Assembly (NCBI GenBank): GCA_963716745.1
Contig: OY970320.1
Location: forward strand, 448,001 to 512,000
Direction of reading: 5' to 3'
Length of the DNA: 64,000 nucleotides
Origin: an uncultured Gemmatimonadaceae bacterium
GTDB lineage: Bacteria; Gemmatimonadota; Gemmatimonadetes; Gemmatimonadales; Gemmatimonadaceae
Below are positions 52,269 through 61,615 of this stretch, piece by piece. The stretch's first letter is position 1. Every line of letters starts with the position of its first letter. The notes below the pieces were generated by a model, which ran no database searches, was not told the origin of the DNA, and saw only the letters and a program-made list of their open reading frames with translations. A program made the translations under genes and the position numbers.

Positions 52269-52316
52269 GGGAGGGAAAGCTACTTCGAAGGCACAGGGCG
52301 CGCCTCTCCCGGCATG

Positions 52317-52937
52317 CTACTCCGGCGGCGCCGCCAGCGGCCAATATCCCCGCACACCGCGCACGAGCATGGACGCGCCGCCCCAACTCATGGTGCCCAG
52401 GAGTACTCCGAGAATGGCGCTCATCATCACTACGGTGACCACGCTGATCCACGCGAGGAAGCCGGGCGATTGGACCATCGCCATCGACTGCTCCTGCACG
52501 GCCTGTTGCGCCGCGCGCGAGGCGGAGTCGGTCGGCTGCAGCCGCTGCAGCGCCGGCGGCAGGACGGGCGGCGGCGAGCGCTTCTGTTGTGCGCGCACGC
52601 TGTCCATCACCTGGGAGAGATAGCCCGGCGGAAGCTTGGAAAAGCCGTATCCGAATAGCACGGCGCCCGCTGCGGCGCACATCATGCACGCGGCAAGCCA
52701 GGCGGCGGCGCGCGAGGCCCTCCGTCCACGCCGGGTCTGCACGGCAACGAGCACGAGGACCCCGAGGAATCCCGCGAGCCCGAGCCCGCGCGAATAGCGG
52801 ATCGTGATGTAAGTGAGTACCACGCCCCCCAGTAGCGCGAGCACGCGTGAGAACGTCCAGGCCGCGGACGATGCGGCGACGGGCCGTGGCGGGAACGGTG
52901 CCGGATTGCGCGTGGGCTCAGGCGGGATGATGTTCAT
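52317..52937 (-). CDS. Hypothetical membrane protein
   Basis: About 4 TM segments. Confidence 0.6.
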   Translation of the reverse strand: MNIIPPEPTRNPAPFPPRPVAASSAAWTFSRVLALLGGVVLTYITIRYSRGLGLAGFLGVLVLVAVQTRRGRRASRAAAWLAACMMCAAAGAVLFGYGFSKLPPGYLSQVMDSVRAQQKRSPPPVLPPALQRLQPTDSASRAAQQAVQEQSMAMVQSPGFLAWISVVTVVMMSAILGVLLGTMSWGGASMLVRGVRGYWPLAAPPE

Positions 52938-53062
52938 GCCCGCAAGACGACCATTGGCCCCCGTCCGGAACTCGGCGCCCGAGCAACGCTCTCGCGGCCC
53001 GGCGCGTATTCCTGTGTTCCCGGCAAGAATCCCCCGTTCCACTCTGGAGCAGCGCCACTCTC

Positions 53063-56000
53063 ATGATCCCACATCGTCCGATCGCCTTGGCCATTCTCGC
53101 TGCCGGGCTGCTGGTCGCCCCAGCATCGGTCAACGCGCAGCAGCCCTCCACCACCCTCGACTCGGCGACCCTGTCCTTCTTCGGCTGGCGCAACGTGGGC
53201 CCCGCCGACATGGGCGGACGCGTGGCGGACATCGCCGGCATCCCGAGCCCGTCCAAGACGTTCTACGTCGCCGCGGCCGGCGGCGGCATTTGGAAGACCA
53301 CGAACGCGGGCACGACCTTCCGCCCGGTGTTCGACTCGCAGCGCGTGGTGTCGATGGGCGCGCTCGCGATCGCGCCGTCGGATACGAACCAGGTGTGGGC
53401 CGGCACCGGCGAACAGAACACGCGCAATTCGATCTCGCCCGGCGGCGGCATTTACAAGAGCACCGACGGCGCGAAGACGTGGAAGCTGATGGGCCTCGAG
53501 AAGACGCAGCAGATCGGGCGCATTGTGGTGCACCCGACGAATCCTGACATCGTCTACGTTGCCGCACTCGGCCACGCGTGGGACGCGAATCCCGAGCGCG
53601 GCCTGTACAAGACCACCGACGGCGGCAAGACCTGGCAGCTCATCAAGTTCGTGAGCGATAAGGCGGGCTTCATCGATGTCGCGATGGATCCCAGCAACCC
53701 CGACATCCTGTACGCCACGAGCTACGAGCGCGTGCGCGGACCGTGGTTCCTCAAGAGCGGCGGCCCGGGCAGCGCGCTCTGGAAGACCACCGACGCCGGA
53801 AAGACCTGGACGAAGATCGAAGGCGGCGGGTTCCCCGCGACGATGCTCGGCCGGATCAACGTCGCGGTATCACGCAGCAATCCGAACGTCGTATACGCGC
53901 TGGTGGAAGCGGACTCGATCCGCACGGCGAACCACGCGCTGTTCTCGCCGGCGAGCGATTCCGTGACGGCCAAGGTGAAGGCGCCGGTGAAGCAGCGCCT
54001 GCTCAGCGGACTCTACCGCTCCGAGGACGCCGGCAAGACCTGGCGCTGGATGAACGACAGTGACGTGCGCCCGTTCTATTACTCGCAGGTGCGCGTCGAC
54101 CCCAAGCTGTCGAACCGCGTCTACTGGTCCTCGACGCCGGTGAATTTCTCCGATGACGGCGGCAAGACGGTGCGCACGGCGACGAACGGGATCCACGTGG
54201 ACCATCACGCGATGTGGATCGATCCGAACGACGGCGAGCACTTCGTGGTCGGCGACGACGGCGGCGTGTCGCAGACGTGGGACCGCGGCGGCAACTACGA
54301 TTTCCTGAACAAGATCGTGATCGGCCAGTTCTATGAAGTGAGCTACGACTTCGCGGTGCCGTATCGCGTGTGCGGCGGCCTGCAGGACAATGGCAGCTGG
54401 TGCGGACCGAGCCGCAAAGTGCGCTCGGCGATCACCAACTTCGACTGGTTCACCGTGGGCGGCGGCGACGGCTTCTACACGGCGCAGGATCCCAGCGATC
54501 CGAACATCATTTACGCCGAGTCGCAGGGAGGCAATATCCGCCGGCTCGACTATCGCACGGGCGAGAGCAAGCCACTGGTGAAGCCGTCGTGGCGTCCGAC
54601 GTACTTGCTCGTGGAGGACTCGATCCTCACCGATCGCGGCGACAGCACGAAGCCGGCGACGTCGGCGCAGAAGAAGCATTTGTCCGACCTCCGCGCCATG
54701 CAGGTGCGGGACTCGATGGACCTCGACATGCGCTTCAACTGGAACACGCCGTACTTCATCTCGCCGCATTCGCCGAGCACGATCTACGTCGGCGGTAATC
54801 GCGTTCTGCGGTCCAGCGATCGCGGCGAGAATCTCGTGGCGATCTCACCGGACCTCTCCACGCGCGACGCGGCGAAGATCCGTTGGAGCATCGATTCCAC
54901 CGGCGGCATCACGAACGACGCGACCGGCGCCGAGACCTACGGCACGATCACGACGCTGGCGGAGTCGTACATCCAGCCGGGGCTGCTGTTCGCGGGCACC
55001 GATGACGGCAATGTGTGGATCTCGCACAACGATGGCGCGGCGTGGGAGAATCTCACCGGGCGTTTCCCGGGCGTGCCGCCCAAGACCTACGTCGTGCGGA
55101 TCGAGCCGTCGCACGCCGACAGCGCGACGTTCTACGTGGCGTTCGAGGGTCATCGCACCAACGATTTCGCGCCGTATCTCTACATGACCACCGATTTCGG
55201 GAAGACGTTCAAGTCGATCGTGGCGAACCTGCCCACGGGCGGCCCGGACTTCCTGCACGTGATCCGCGAGGATCCGGTGAACAAGGACCTGCTGTACGTG
55301 GGCACCGACGTGGGCGCGTACGTCTCGCGGAATCGCGGGCAGAGCTGGCAGAAGTTCATGACGTCGCTGCCCACGGTGCCCGTGCACGATCTCAAGATCC
55401 ATCCGCGCGATCATGATCTCATCGCGGCGACGCATGGCCGCGGCATCTGGATCGCGGATGTGTCCGTGCTCCAGCAGCTCAATGACAGCAACTCGACGAA
55501 GGATGCGTACCTGTTCGCGCCGCGCACGGCTCGCGCGTTCGGCGAGGCGCCGGGCGCGGAGATCTCCGAGGGCCAAGGCACGTTCCAGGCGCGCAACCCG
55601 CCGTACGGCGCGGAGATCTCGTACCGGTTGGCGGGCGGCACGGCGAAGGACACCGTGAAGATCGTGATCACGAACTTGAAGGGCGACACGATCACAACGC
55701 TGAACGGCCGCGGCGGCGTAGGGATGCATCGCGTGACGTGGGACCTGAACGGCAAGCCGCCCAAGGCGAAGCCGCTCACGCCTGCTGGGCGCCGCGACAG
55801 TCTGATCACGGCCGGGAAGATCGATCATGTGCTCGATTCGCTCGAGAAAGCGGGCACGGCCACGAAGGCGGAGCTCGCGATCATTCGTGATCACATTGAC
55901 AAGGGCACGATATTCGACCTGTTGGGCGGCGCCGGCGGCGGCGGTGGCGGCGCGGGACGCAACACCGAGCGCTCGGGCGAAGGCCCGTTGCCGCGCGGAG

Positions 56001-56350
56001 TGGCAGGCGCCGGCCGTCGCGGCGGCGCGGCGGATACGACGAAGAAGGCCGGCGCGGATACGGCGAAGGCCGCGGGCGGCGCGGGTGCCGGCGGCGGTGC
56101 TGGTGCCGCGGAGCCGACCGTGAGCGAAGATGTGGCGCGTGAAGTGTTGACGGCGCTCCGCGCGGCGAAGGCGCTGCCCGGCGGCGGATTCGGCGGCCGG
56201 CGCGGCGGCGGACCCGTGGAAACGGGCGACTACATGGTCACGATGACATGGAAGGGCTCGGCGCAGCATCAGGTGCTGCGCGTGGAGAATCTCGTGGGCA
56301 GTGGAACGCAGATGGCGCCCGAGGATGACGAGGATCCGTTCGATCCGTAG
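53063..56350 (+). CDS. Secreted BNR/VPS10 (sortilin-like) beta-propeller glycosyl hydrolase-like protein
   Basis: GPADMGGR, repeated KTTDGGKTW/SDDGG Asp-boxes, HVDHHAMW, GGLQDNG, AATHGRG. Confidence 0.9.
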   Translation: MIPHRPIALAILAAGLLVAPASVNAQQPSTTLDSATLSFFGWRNVGPADMGGRVADIAGIPSPSKTFYVAAAGGGIWKTTNAGTTFRPVFDSQRVVSMGALAIAPSDTNQVWAGTGEQNTRNSISPGGGIYKSTDGAKTWKLMGLEKTQQIGRIVVHPTNPDIVYVAALGHAWDANPERGLYKTTDGGKTWQLIKFVSDKAGFIDVAMDPSNPDILYATSYERVRGPWFLKSGGPGSALWKTTDAGKTWTKIEGGGFPATMLGRINVAVSRSNPNVVYALVEADSIRTANHALFSPASDSVTAKVKAPVKQRLLSGLYRSEDAGKTWRWMNDSDVRPFYYSQVRVDPKLSNRVYWSSTPVNFSDDGGKTVRTATNGIHVDHHAMWIDPNDGEHFVVGDDGGVSQTWDRGGNYDFLNKIVIGQFYEVSYDFAVPYRVCGGLQDNGSWCGPSRKVRSAITNFDWFTVGGGDGFYTAQDPSDPNIIYAESQGGNIRRLDYRTGESKPLVKPSWRPTYLLVEDSILTDRGDSTKPATSAQKKHLSDLRAMQVRDSMDLDMRFNWNTPYFISPHSPSTIYVGGNRVLRSSDRGENLVAISPDLSTRDAAKIRWSIDSTGGITNDATGAETYGTITTLAESYIQPGLLFAGTDDGNVWISHNDGAAWENLTGRFPGVPPKTYVVRIEPSHADSATFYVAFEGHRTNDFAPYLYMTTDFGKTFKSIVANLPTGGPDFLHVIREDPVNKDLLYVGTDVGAYVSRNRGQSWQKFMTSLPTVPVHDLKIHPRDHDLIAATHGRGIWIADVSVLQQLNDSNSTKDAYLFAPRTARAFGEAPGAEISEGQGTFQARNPPYGAEISYRLAGGTAKDTVKIVITNLKGDTITTLNGRGGVGMHRVTWDLNGKPPKAKPLTPAGRRDSLITAGKIDHVLDSLEKAGTATKAELAIIRDHIDKGTIFDLLGGAGGGGGGAGRNTERSGEGPLPRGVAGAGRRGGAADTTKKAGADTAKAAGGAGAGGGAGAAEPTVSEDVAREVLTALRAAKALPGGGFGGRRGGGPVETGDYMVTMTWKGSAQHQVLRVENLVGSGTQMAPEDDEDPFDP

Positions 56351-56372
56351 GCGATGCGTAGTGAGTGAATGA

Positions 56373-56404
56373 CAAAGGGCCTCCCGATTTCGGGAGGCCC
56401 TTTG
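56373..56404. terminator. Bidirectional intrinsic terminator-like hairpin
   Basis: CAAAGGGCCTCCCGA-TT-TCGGGAGGCCCTTTG between the VPS10 gene end and the tRNA 3' fragment. Confidence 0.85.
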
Positions 56405-56409
56405 CGCAA

Positions 56410-56461
56410 TGCCCAGGGCGGGACTCGAACCCGCACTCCGTTGCCGGAAGGGGATTTTAAG
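56410..56461 (-). tRNA. tRNA-Leu(UAA) 3' fragment (att site), not an intact tRNA
   Basis: Minus strand: CTTAAAA TCCCC TTCCG-GCAA-CGGAG T GCGGG TTCGAGT CCCGC CCTGGGC A. The upstream sequence lacks the 5' anticodon stem, D arm and acceptor strand. Confidence 0.88.
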
Positions 56462-56873
56462 CGGCTGGCCCGGGGGGTCGGGAGAACATTACGGTTCCGT
56501 AGGAGCGCACAACAGGGCACCGGGGGGTACTCGCCGGAGGGTGTTGCGCCCATTCGAGCGCCCCATCGATTCGCACCCCTTCCGCGCCGAGGTGCTGCGT
56601 GAGCACCCACGCGCGCTACCCGCACGGATTTCGTCTCGCCGCCGAGCTTCCCGCCGCCCCCGGCGCGCGGCGAGTCGAGGTCGCGTACTTCGACGCCACC
56701 GCGCGCGCGATCACCATTCGACGTCACCACAGGCCTCCCCACGACGCAGGACGCGCACGCGTTCGCGAAATGGGTCACGCGCTGTTCCGGCGTGCGCCGA
56801 CTCTCCGCACGGCGCGCTTGCACTTCTGCACGCGCTCTTGAAGTCCGAACCCACGCTCACCCCGAGGTAGATC

Positions 56874-57611
56874 ATGCGCATCCCGTTCATCTCCCCGCCC
56901 CGCGCGGCACCGACGACTCCACGTGGGCCGCCAGCGCGCCCGAGGACGATCAGGTCACGATACTCACCGCGCGGCTCGACGGCGCACGCGACGCACGCGA
57001 TACCGCCGCCGCGACGATCACCACGCTCCGCGCCGAGCGCGTGAAGCTCGCCTCGGTGGGCACCGACGCCGAGGCCGTCGTCGCGCTCGGCGACGCCATC
57101 AAGGCGCACGAGGATCAGCATGCGCTCGCCACCGAGGTGGCCGAGGCGCTGGAGGCCGAGTTGGCTCCGCTCCTCGCCGAGCAAGCCGCCGCACAGCGCA
57201 CGACCGCGCGCGCCGAGGCCGAGGAGCGCTATGCGAGTGGGCGCGCGGCGGCCATCGCATTCCGCGCCGCGCTCGATGACTTCCTCTCGGCGATGTGCGC
57301 CGAAATCGAGCGACATATCGCGGCGATCGATGCCGCCGACGCGTCGCTCGGTCACGCGGCGTTCGTGTTGAACGCGCACGGTGGCGCGGTGCCCGCCTCT
57401 CTCGGGGAGCTCGTCGCCATTCACGGCGGGCCTCGTCGGCGAACTGCGGCGGATCCCGGCGCGCTTCGCGGCCGAAAGGGCGCGCGTGGAGGGCACCGCG
57501 CGCGCGGAAGCGCACGCGGCGGCGTGGAAGGCCGAGCGCGAGGAGGAGCGGCGGCGCGTGATGGCCGAACGCCCAACGCCGCACGCCGGAGGCCCACCGC
57601 GCGCGGCATGA
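56874..57611 (+). CDS. Ala-rich coiled-coil hypothetical protein (frameshifts near 56897 and 57425)
   Basis: GAGGT RBS and ATG at 56874; helical Ala/Glu-rich reading switches frames. Confidence 0.55.
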
Positions 57612-57670
57612 CCCAGCACGGCTCCCGATGGTTCACGATCGATGCTTTCCCCTATGACAAGGAGCACCAC

Positions 57671-58141
57671 ATGAGCGGCAATTCAGCGGTGGCGTTCGCG
57701 AACAAGCTCGCGGGCGCGCAGATCAGCAAGGACACGCCCCTCACCACCCGCGCGCGCGATTTCACGTGGACGGTGCGGTTCTCGGACGGGAAGAAAACGG
57801 TCGTCGACTTGGCCTCGGCCCTCGCGATCGCGAAGGCAATCGACGCAGGCACGCGCACCGTGAAGGCGGCGGTGAGCGTGAGCGAGACGGTGGCGCTCGC
57901 GACGCGCCACGTGTGCTCGGTGGAAGTCGGCGTGGCCGAGCCGGGCGCGGTGAAGGAGACGCAGATCGGCTCCGTGAAGTTCAGCGACGGCACCGAGATG
58001 AACGTGACCTCGGAGTCGATCGCGGCCGTGATCAGCGCGATGACGGGCGGCGACGAGGGGGTGGAGATGGTCACGATCGGCTCGCGACAGATCGTCGCGA
58101 ACGTGGCGCAGATCGTGAGCGCGGCGCGGCCCGCGTCGTGA
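57671..58141 (+). CDS. Hypothetical protein with two V[RK]FSDG repeats
   Basis: AAGGAG RBS at 57659-57664; internal duplication. Confidence 0.75.
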   Translation: MSGNSAVAFANKLAGAQISKDTPLTTRARDFTWTVRFSDGKKTVVDLASALAIAKAIDAGTRTVKAAVSVSETVALATRHVCSVEVGVAEPGAVKETQIGSVKFSDGTEMNVTSESIAAVISAMTGGDEGVEMVTIGSRQIVANVAQIVSAARPAS

Positions 58142-58231
58142 TCGTGTACGACACGCGTCCCGGTTCGCCGCGTGGAGGGGCGGCCGGGCGCGTGGCAGTT
58201 CGCGCTTCTTCACTCTCACGCGAGGTGCACC

Positions 58232-58991
58232 ATGCCCGAGCAAGACGATAGCCCGAGCTTCAACTACGTGCCCGACGTGCCGCCGATCGTGGATCCGCCA
58301 CCGGACGATCCGCCGTCGTGATCGCTGAGCGCACGGTGGCGATGAGCCGGACGCGGTGCGAGTGGGCGATGCGGCACGAGGGACAACTAACCGCCCTCGC
58401 GCTCACCTTCGCGAGCACCATCGCCATCGTGCACGGCGACGTCGAGGTGAATGCGAAGCAAGCCACGGGCGTGCTTTCGCTCGCGCTCTACGTGGGCGAT
58501 CCGTGGGCCGCTCCTCGTGCGTGCGATCGGGCCGGGACGCCGACGCGGCGGTCGCCGCGACGGCCGCGCTGTTCGCGCATCCCGAGGCGCACGCGTGACG
58601 CCCTCGCGCTCTGTCTACGGCGCGTTCAGCGTCCCCGCCGAGGAGGGCGAGTACGCGCCGGAGCGCGTGACGTTCGCGCCGCCCTTCCCCGCATTGATCG
58701 GCTACAACGCGGCCGACTACACGGTGCGCACCGTGGGCGTCACCGTCATCGCGCCAGATGCGAGCGCGCCGCCCGTGCTCGATGTGTGGCTCCTCGACCC
58801 CGACGCGGATCCCGCCGAGGATGCGAGTTGGACGCTCTGGCCGGGCGCGATCGATCCGAGCGCGCGTCGGCGGCCGGGTGCTCCTCGGTACGCACGTCGG
58901 CGTCCAACTCCGCGCGCGGAGTTGTGGCACCCGCGCCCGGCTCGCGGTGCGCGCGCGATTCTTGGAGGACTTCCCGCCGTCGTGTAGCTGA
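58232..58991 (+). CDS. Hypothetical protein fragmented by multiple frameshifts
   Basis: GAGGT RBS and ATG at 58232; protein-like segments continue in alternating frames. Confidence 0.4.
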
Positions 58992-59002
58992 CGCTCCTCC
59001 GT

Positions 59003-59254
59003 TTACTTGTGGAAGATTGCAACCACCACGCCCGCCACCGTCGCGACGAAGATGGCGATGGTGGCCCACACGAGCCGCGCGTTGAGCTTTGCCGTCGTCT
59101 CGTCGTACGCGCGGATGCGCTCGGCGATGGCCTTCGTGCACTCCACGGGGACACGTAAGAAAGCTTGCATGACTTCCGCATCGCCCACACTCGGCATTGC
59201 CTTCACCTTCGCCAGCGCGTCGTCGATCGAGGCGAACAGCTTCGCGTTGTCCAT
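59003..59254 (-). CDS. Small protein with C-terminal TM helix
   Basis: ...LNARLVWATIAIFVATVAGVVVAIFHK. Confidence 0.65.
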   Translation of the reverse strand: MDNAKLFASIDDALAKVKAMPSVGDAEVMQAFLRVPVECTKAIAERIRAYDETTAKLNARLVWATIAIFVATVAGVVVAIFHK

Positions 59255-59290
59255 CGGGCCCTTTGTTGAAGGTGGAAGCCGAGCGCGCGC

Positions 59291-59512
59291 CTAGAAGTGC
59301 GACCCCGAGTACCACGCGCTCAGGACGAGCCACGCGATCACGCCGAGGAAAATCACCGCCACCGCGCACCCAACGAGATGCACCGGGTCGCTCAGGTTGA
59401 TGCCGGGCGGCTTCGCGGGCGTCGGCGGCTTCATCGGGTGGCCGCACTTGGGACAGCTCACCGCATCGCTGGAGATTTCGGTGCCGCACGACGGGCACGG
59501 GATGAGGGGCAT
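59291..59512 (-). CDS. Zinc-ribbon protein with C-terminal TM helix
   Basis: MPLIPCPSCGTEISSDAVSCPKCGHP followed by a hydrophobic helix. Confidence 0.8.
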   Translation of the reverse strand: MPLIPCPSCGTEISSDAVSCPKCGHPMKPPTPAKPPGINLSDPVHLVGCAVAVIFLGVIAWLVLSAWYSGSHF

Positions 59513-59534
59513 GGGTCGAGTGTGAGAGTGCGCG

Positions 59535-59825
59535 CTATCGGGGCGGCGCGACGGGCGGAGCGGCGGGCACACCGACGGGCTTGTCGGCGCTGTCGAGCAG
59601 TTGGCACTCGGGGCCACGCCCGTCGAGGGTCGTGACGAATCCGTCCGAGTAGATCCACGTGACCCGCTTCGGCTGGCGCTGTAGCCGCTCGGCCACGCCG
59701 GATTGCGGGAGCGCGAGCATGGCGGCGTCGCACGAGCCATAGGTGCGCCCATCCACCGCGACATGCGGCCCGCACGCACCAAGCGCGACGGTGACGATCG
59801 CTACGCCAACGATGGATCGATTCAC
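59535..59825 (-). CDS. Putative small lipoprotein
   Basis: GGAG RBS, GTG start, lipobox LGAC. Confidence 0.65.
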   Translation of the reverse strand: MNRSIVGVAIVTVALGACGPHVAVDGRTYGSCDAAMLALPQSGVAERLQRQPKRVTWIYSDGFVTTLDGRGPECQLLDSADKPVGVPAAPPVAPPR

Positions 59826-59895
59826 TCGGAGACTCCCTCGGCGCGGGTGCGGGAACGTGCGCCGCGCCGAAGCCGCTGTCTAGGGCGGTGCGCGA

Positions 59896-60543
59896 TCACG
59901 CGGGGAGTTCGCGCGGCTTGGGCGCGTGGATCTCCGCGAGGAGCGCCCCGAGTCGTTCCCCGTCCATCAACTCGATGCCGTGCTCATTTGCGAGCGCGAT
60001 CGCCGGGCCAGTGAACTCGACCGTCGTGACGTAAATCCCGCGCTCGGCGCGGTGATGCACCGCCAGCATGCCGATGAATTTCTGCATGTCGGGCGACCCG
60101 ACGCGAACGCCCCGGCCGAGCCGCTTGCACTGGACGACGACACTTCGGCCGCTCGGATCGATCGCCGAGAGATCGGCGGCGAGATCACCCGGCCGCCCGA
60201 CGTGTCGCACGTTCCGATACCCGAGGTCGGTGAGAAGGTCACCGATCGCGTGCTCAAACTCGGGCGGCGTAAGGCCGAACATGTCGTTCAGGTAACGCAG
60301 ATGCGAGCGTCGCCGTGCGCGCCACGCCTTCCGCGCGCGATACCCCGCGTAGGCGAGCGCGGCGAGGAGGATCCACGCGGCGACCTGTACGAGCGCCGGA
60401 TGGCCCGATCGGGCTTCGAGATTCTGGAACCACACGGCCGCGACAAGCACCGCCATCCACACCGCCGCGAGCGCGATGCCGAGCGTGATGATCCAACCGA
60501 AGATCGCGCTTTCGTGGCGCGTCAAGCGGCGGCGGCGACTCAT
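59896..60543 (-). CDS. Membrane-anchored Mrr-like (PD-(D/E)xK) restriction endonuclease
   Basis: Two TM helices, then LTPPEFE, GDLAADL, VVQCKR, VGSPDMQKF, GIYVTT..FT..A, IELMDG. Confidence 0.88.
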   Translation of the reverse strand: MSRRRRLTRHESAIFGWIITLGIALAAVWMAVLVAAVWFQNLEARSGHPALVQVAAWILLAALAYAGYRARKAWRARRRSHLRYLNDMFGLTPPEFEHAIGDLLTDLGYRNVRHVGRPGDLAADLSAIDPSGRSVVVQCKRLGRGVRVGSPDMQKFIGMLAVHHRAERGIYVTTVEFTGPAIALANEHGIELMDGERLGALLAEIHAPKPRELPA

Positions 60544-61004
60544 GGCCGATGATGCTGCGCTCGGCACCGCGCGGCTAGAGGCGCGATAGACGCGATCGAC
60601 GGCGCGATCGCGGCCCGTCCTACGTCAACGTCGGGGCACGCGGCACAGGTTTACAGATGACACCTTACACGAGCGATGGTGTGATTCCACGACTTACACG
60701 CTCGATGTTCTCGGCTCGCGCTGGCGGCGTCCACTGTCGCTATGCGTCGCCCGCGACAGCCCTTGAAACGTCGCGGGATTCAGAAAGTGACCCCTCGCCG
60801 GAATCCGCTACTGCGACCCGGGCGCGATCATCGGCCCGCGCCGCGATTGCGAGCGTGCCCCGACGAGGCGATCTCTGCCCTCGTACGTCGCCGAGGCGGT
60901 ACTGATCCGCCCTCGGGGGCGAAGATGGCGGGACACACGGTGTCCGGCGCGGCACACGCGGGAAAGTCGCACCTAGTCGGAACCCGCCACGCCACGACGC
61001 TTGC

Positions 61005-61604
61005 TCAACCGAGGAACGAGACGCGCCCCGGCATGAAGACGTCGCCATTCTCATGAAACCTCCAGAGCGTGAACGCCGAGCCGCTCATGATATGCGCCTG
61101 AACGCCCATTACGATCCCGGCCAGCTCTTCTGCGCGCACCGTGAGCGCATTGAACTCGGCCGCCGTGTAGTCCAGAAGCGCCGGATTGTCGGGCGTGCCC
61201 GCGGCCCCGAACGCATGGCCGCTGACGCGTGAGAAGTCCGTGTCGCTCTCGGATCCCCACCCGACGTACCAGTGGCGGTGTAGCACGTTGTTCCGATCCT
61301 TAATCAGGCGATCGAGTCGGCCGAACACGTTCGCCATAATCTCGGCGTCGCGCTCCCCGGTGAATCCCGCCCGGCACTCCGCGACAACCTTGCAGAACTT
61401 CTTGAACACCGCCCCGGCCGTTTTCTTCGTGAGCGCGGCGCGGTCGATCGGCTGGAAGCGTCGGGAGTGCAATGTCGGAGCCGTGGTGATGGTCATCGCC
61501 ATCGTGGCCACCACGCGTTCGAACATGACCGCGAAGCGACCGATGGCTTCGTAGATCTCCCTTTCTTGCCGCACTCGGATTGCTTGCCGCTCAGTCTCGT
61601 CCAT
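61005..61604 (-). CDS. Hypothetical protein with HEPN-like RxxxxH motif
   Basis: AIGRFAVMFE N-terminal helix; RNNVLH. Confidence 0.6.
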   Translation of the reverse strand: MDETERQAIRVRQEREIYEAIGRFAVMFERVVATMAMTITTAPTLHSRRFQPIDRAALTKKTAGAVFKKFCKVVAECRAGFTGERDAEIMANVFGRLDRLIKDRNNVLHRHWYVGWGSESDTDFSRVSGHAFGAAGTPDNPALLDYTAAEFNALTVRAEELAGIVMGVQAHIMSGSAFTLWRFHENGDVFMPGRVSFLG

Positions 61605-61615
61605 GACTCGGCGGC

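Noticed and set aside
48885..52658. 1257-aa plus-strand ORF and many other long antisense ORFs
   Set aside because: Shadow frames of real high-GC genes on the opposite strand; low-complexity R/A/H-rich translations with no motifs.
55920..56215. GGC-rich tract as a repeat element
   Set aside because: It encodes the Gly/Ala-rich low-complexity linker of the VPS10-like protein.
56410..56500. Intact tRNA-Leu gene
   Set aside because: The 5' half cannot form the anticodon stem, D arm or acceptor stem.
56599..56870. Possible small gene next to the att site
   Set aside because: Plausible segments occur in three frames with no clear RBS or motif; cannot be supported without polishing.
56792..58141. 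Single 449-aa ORF in the element
   Set aside because: The middle section is out-of-frame junk and a strong AAGGAG RBS precedes ATG 57671. Two genes joined by an indel fit better.
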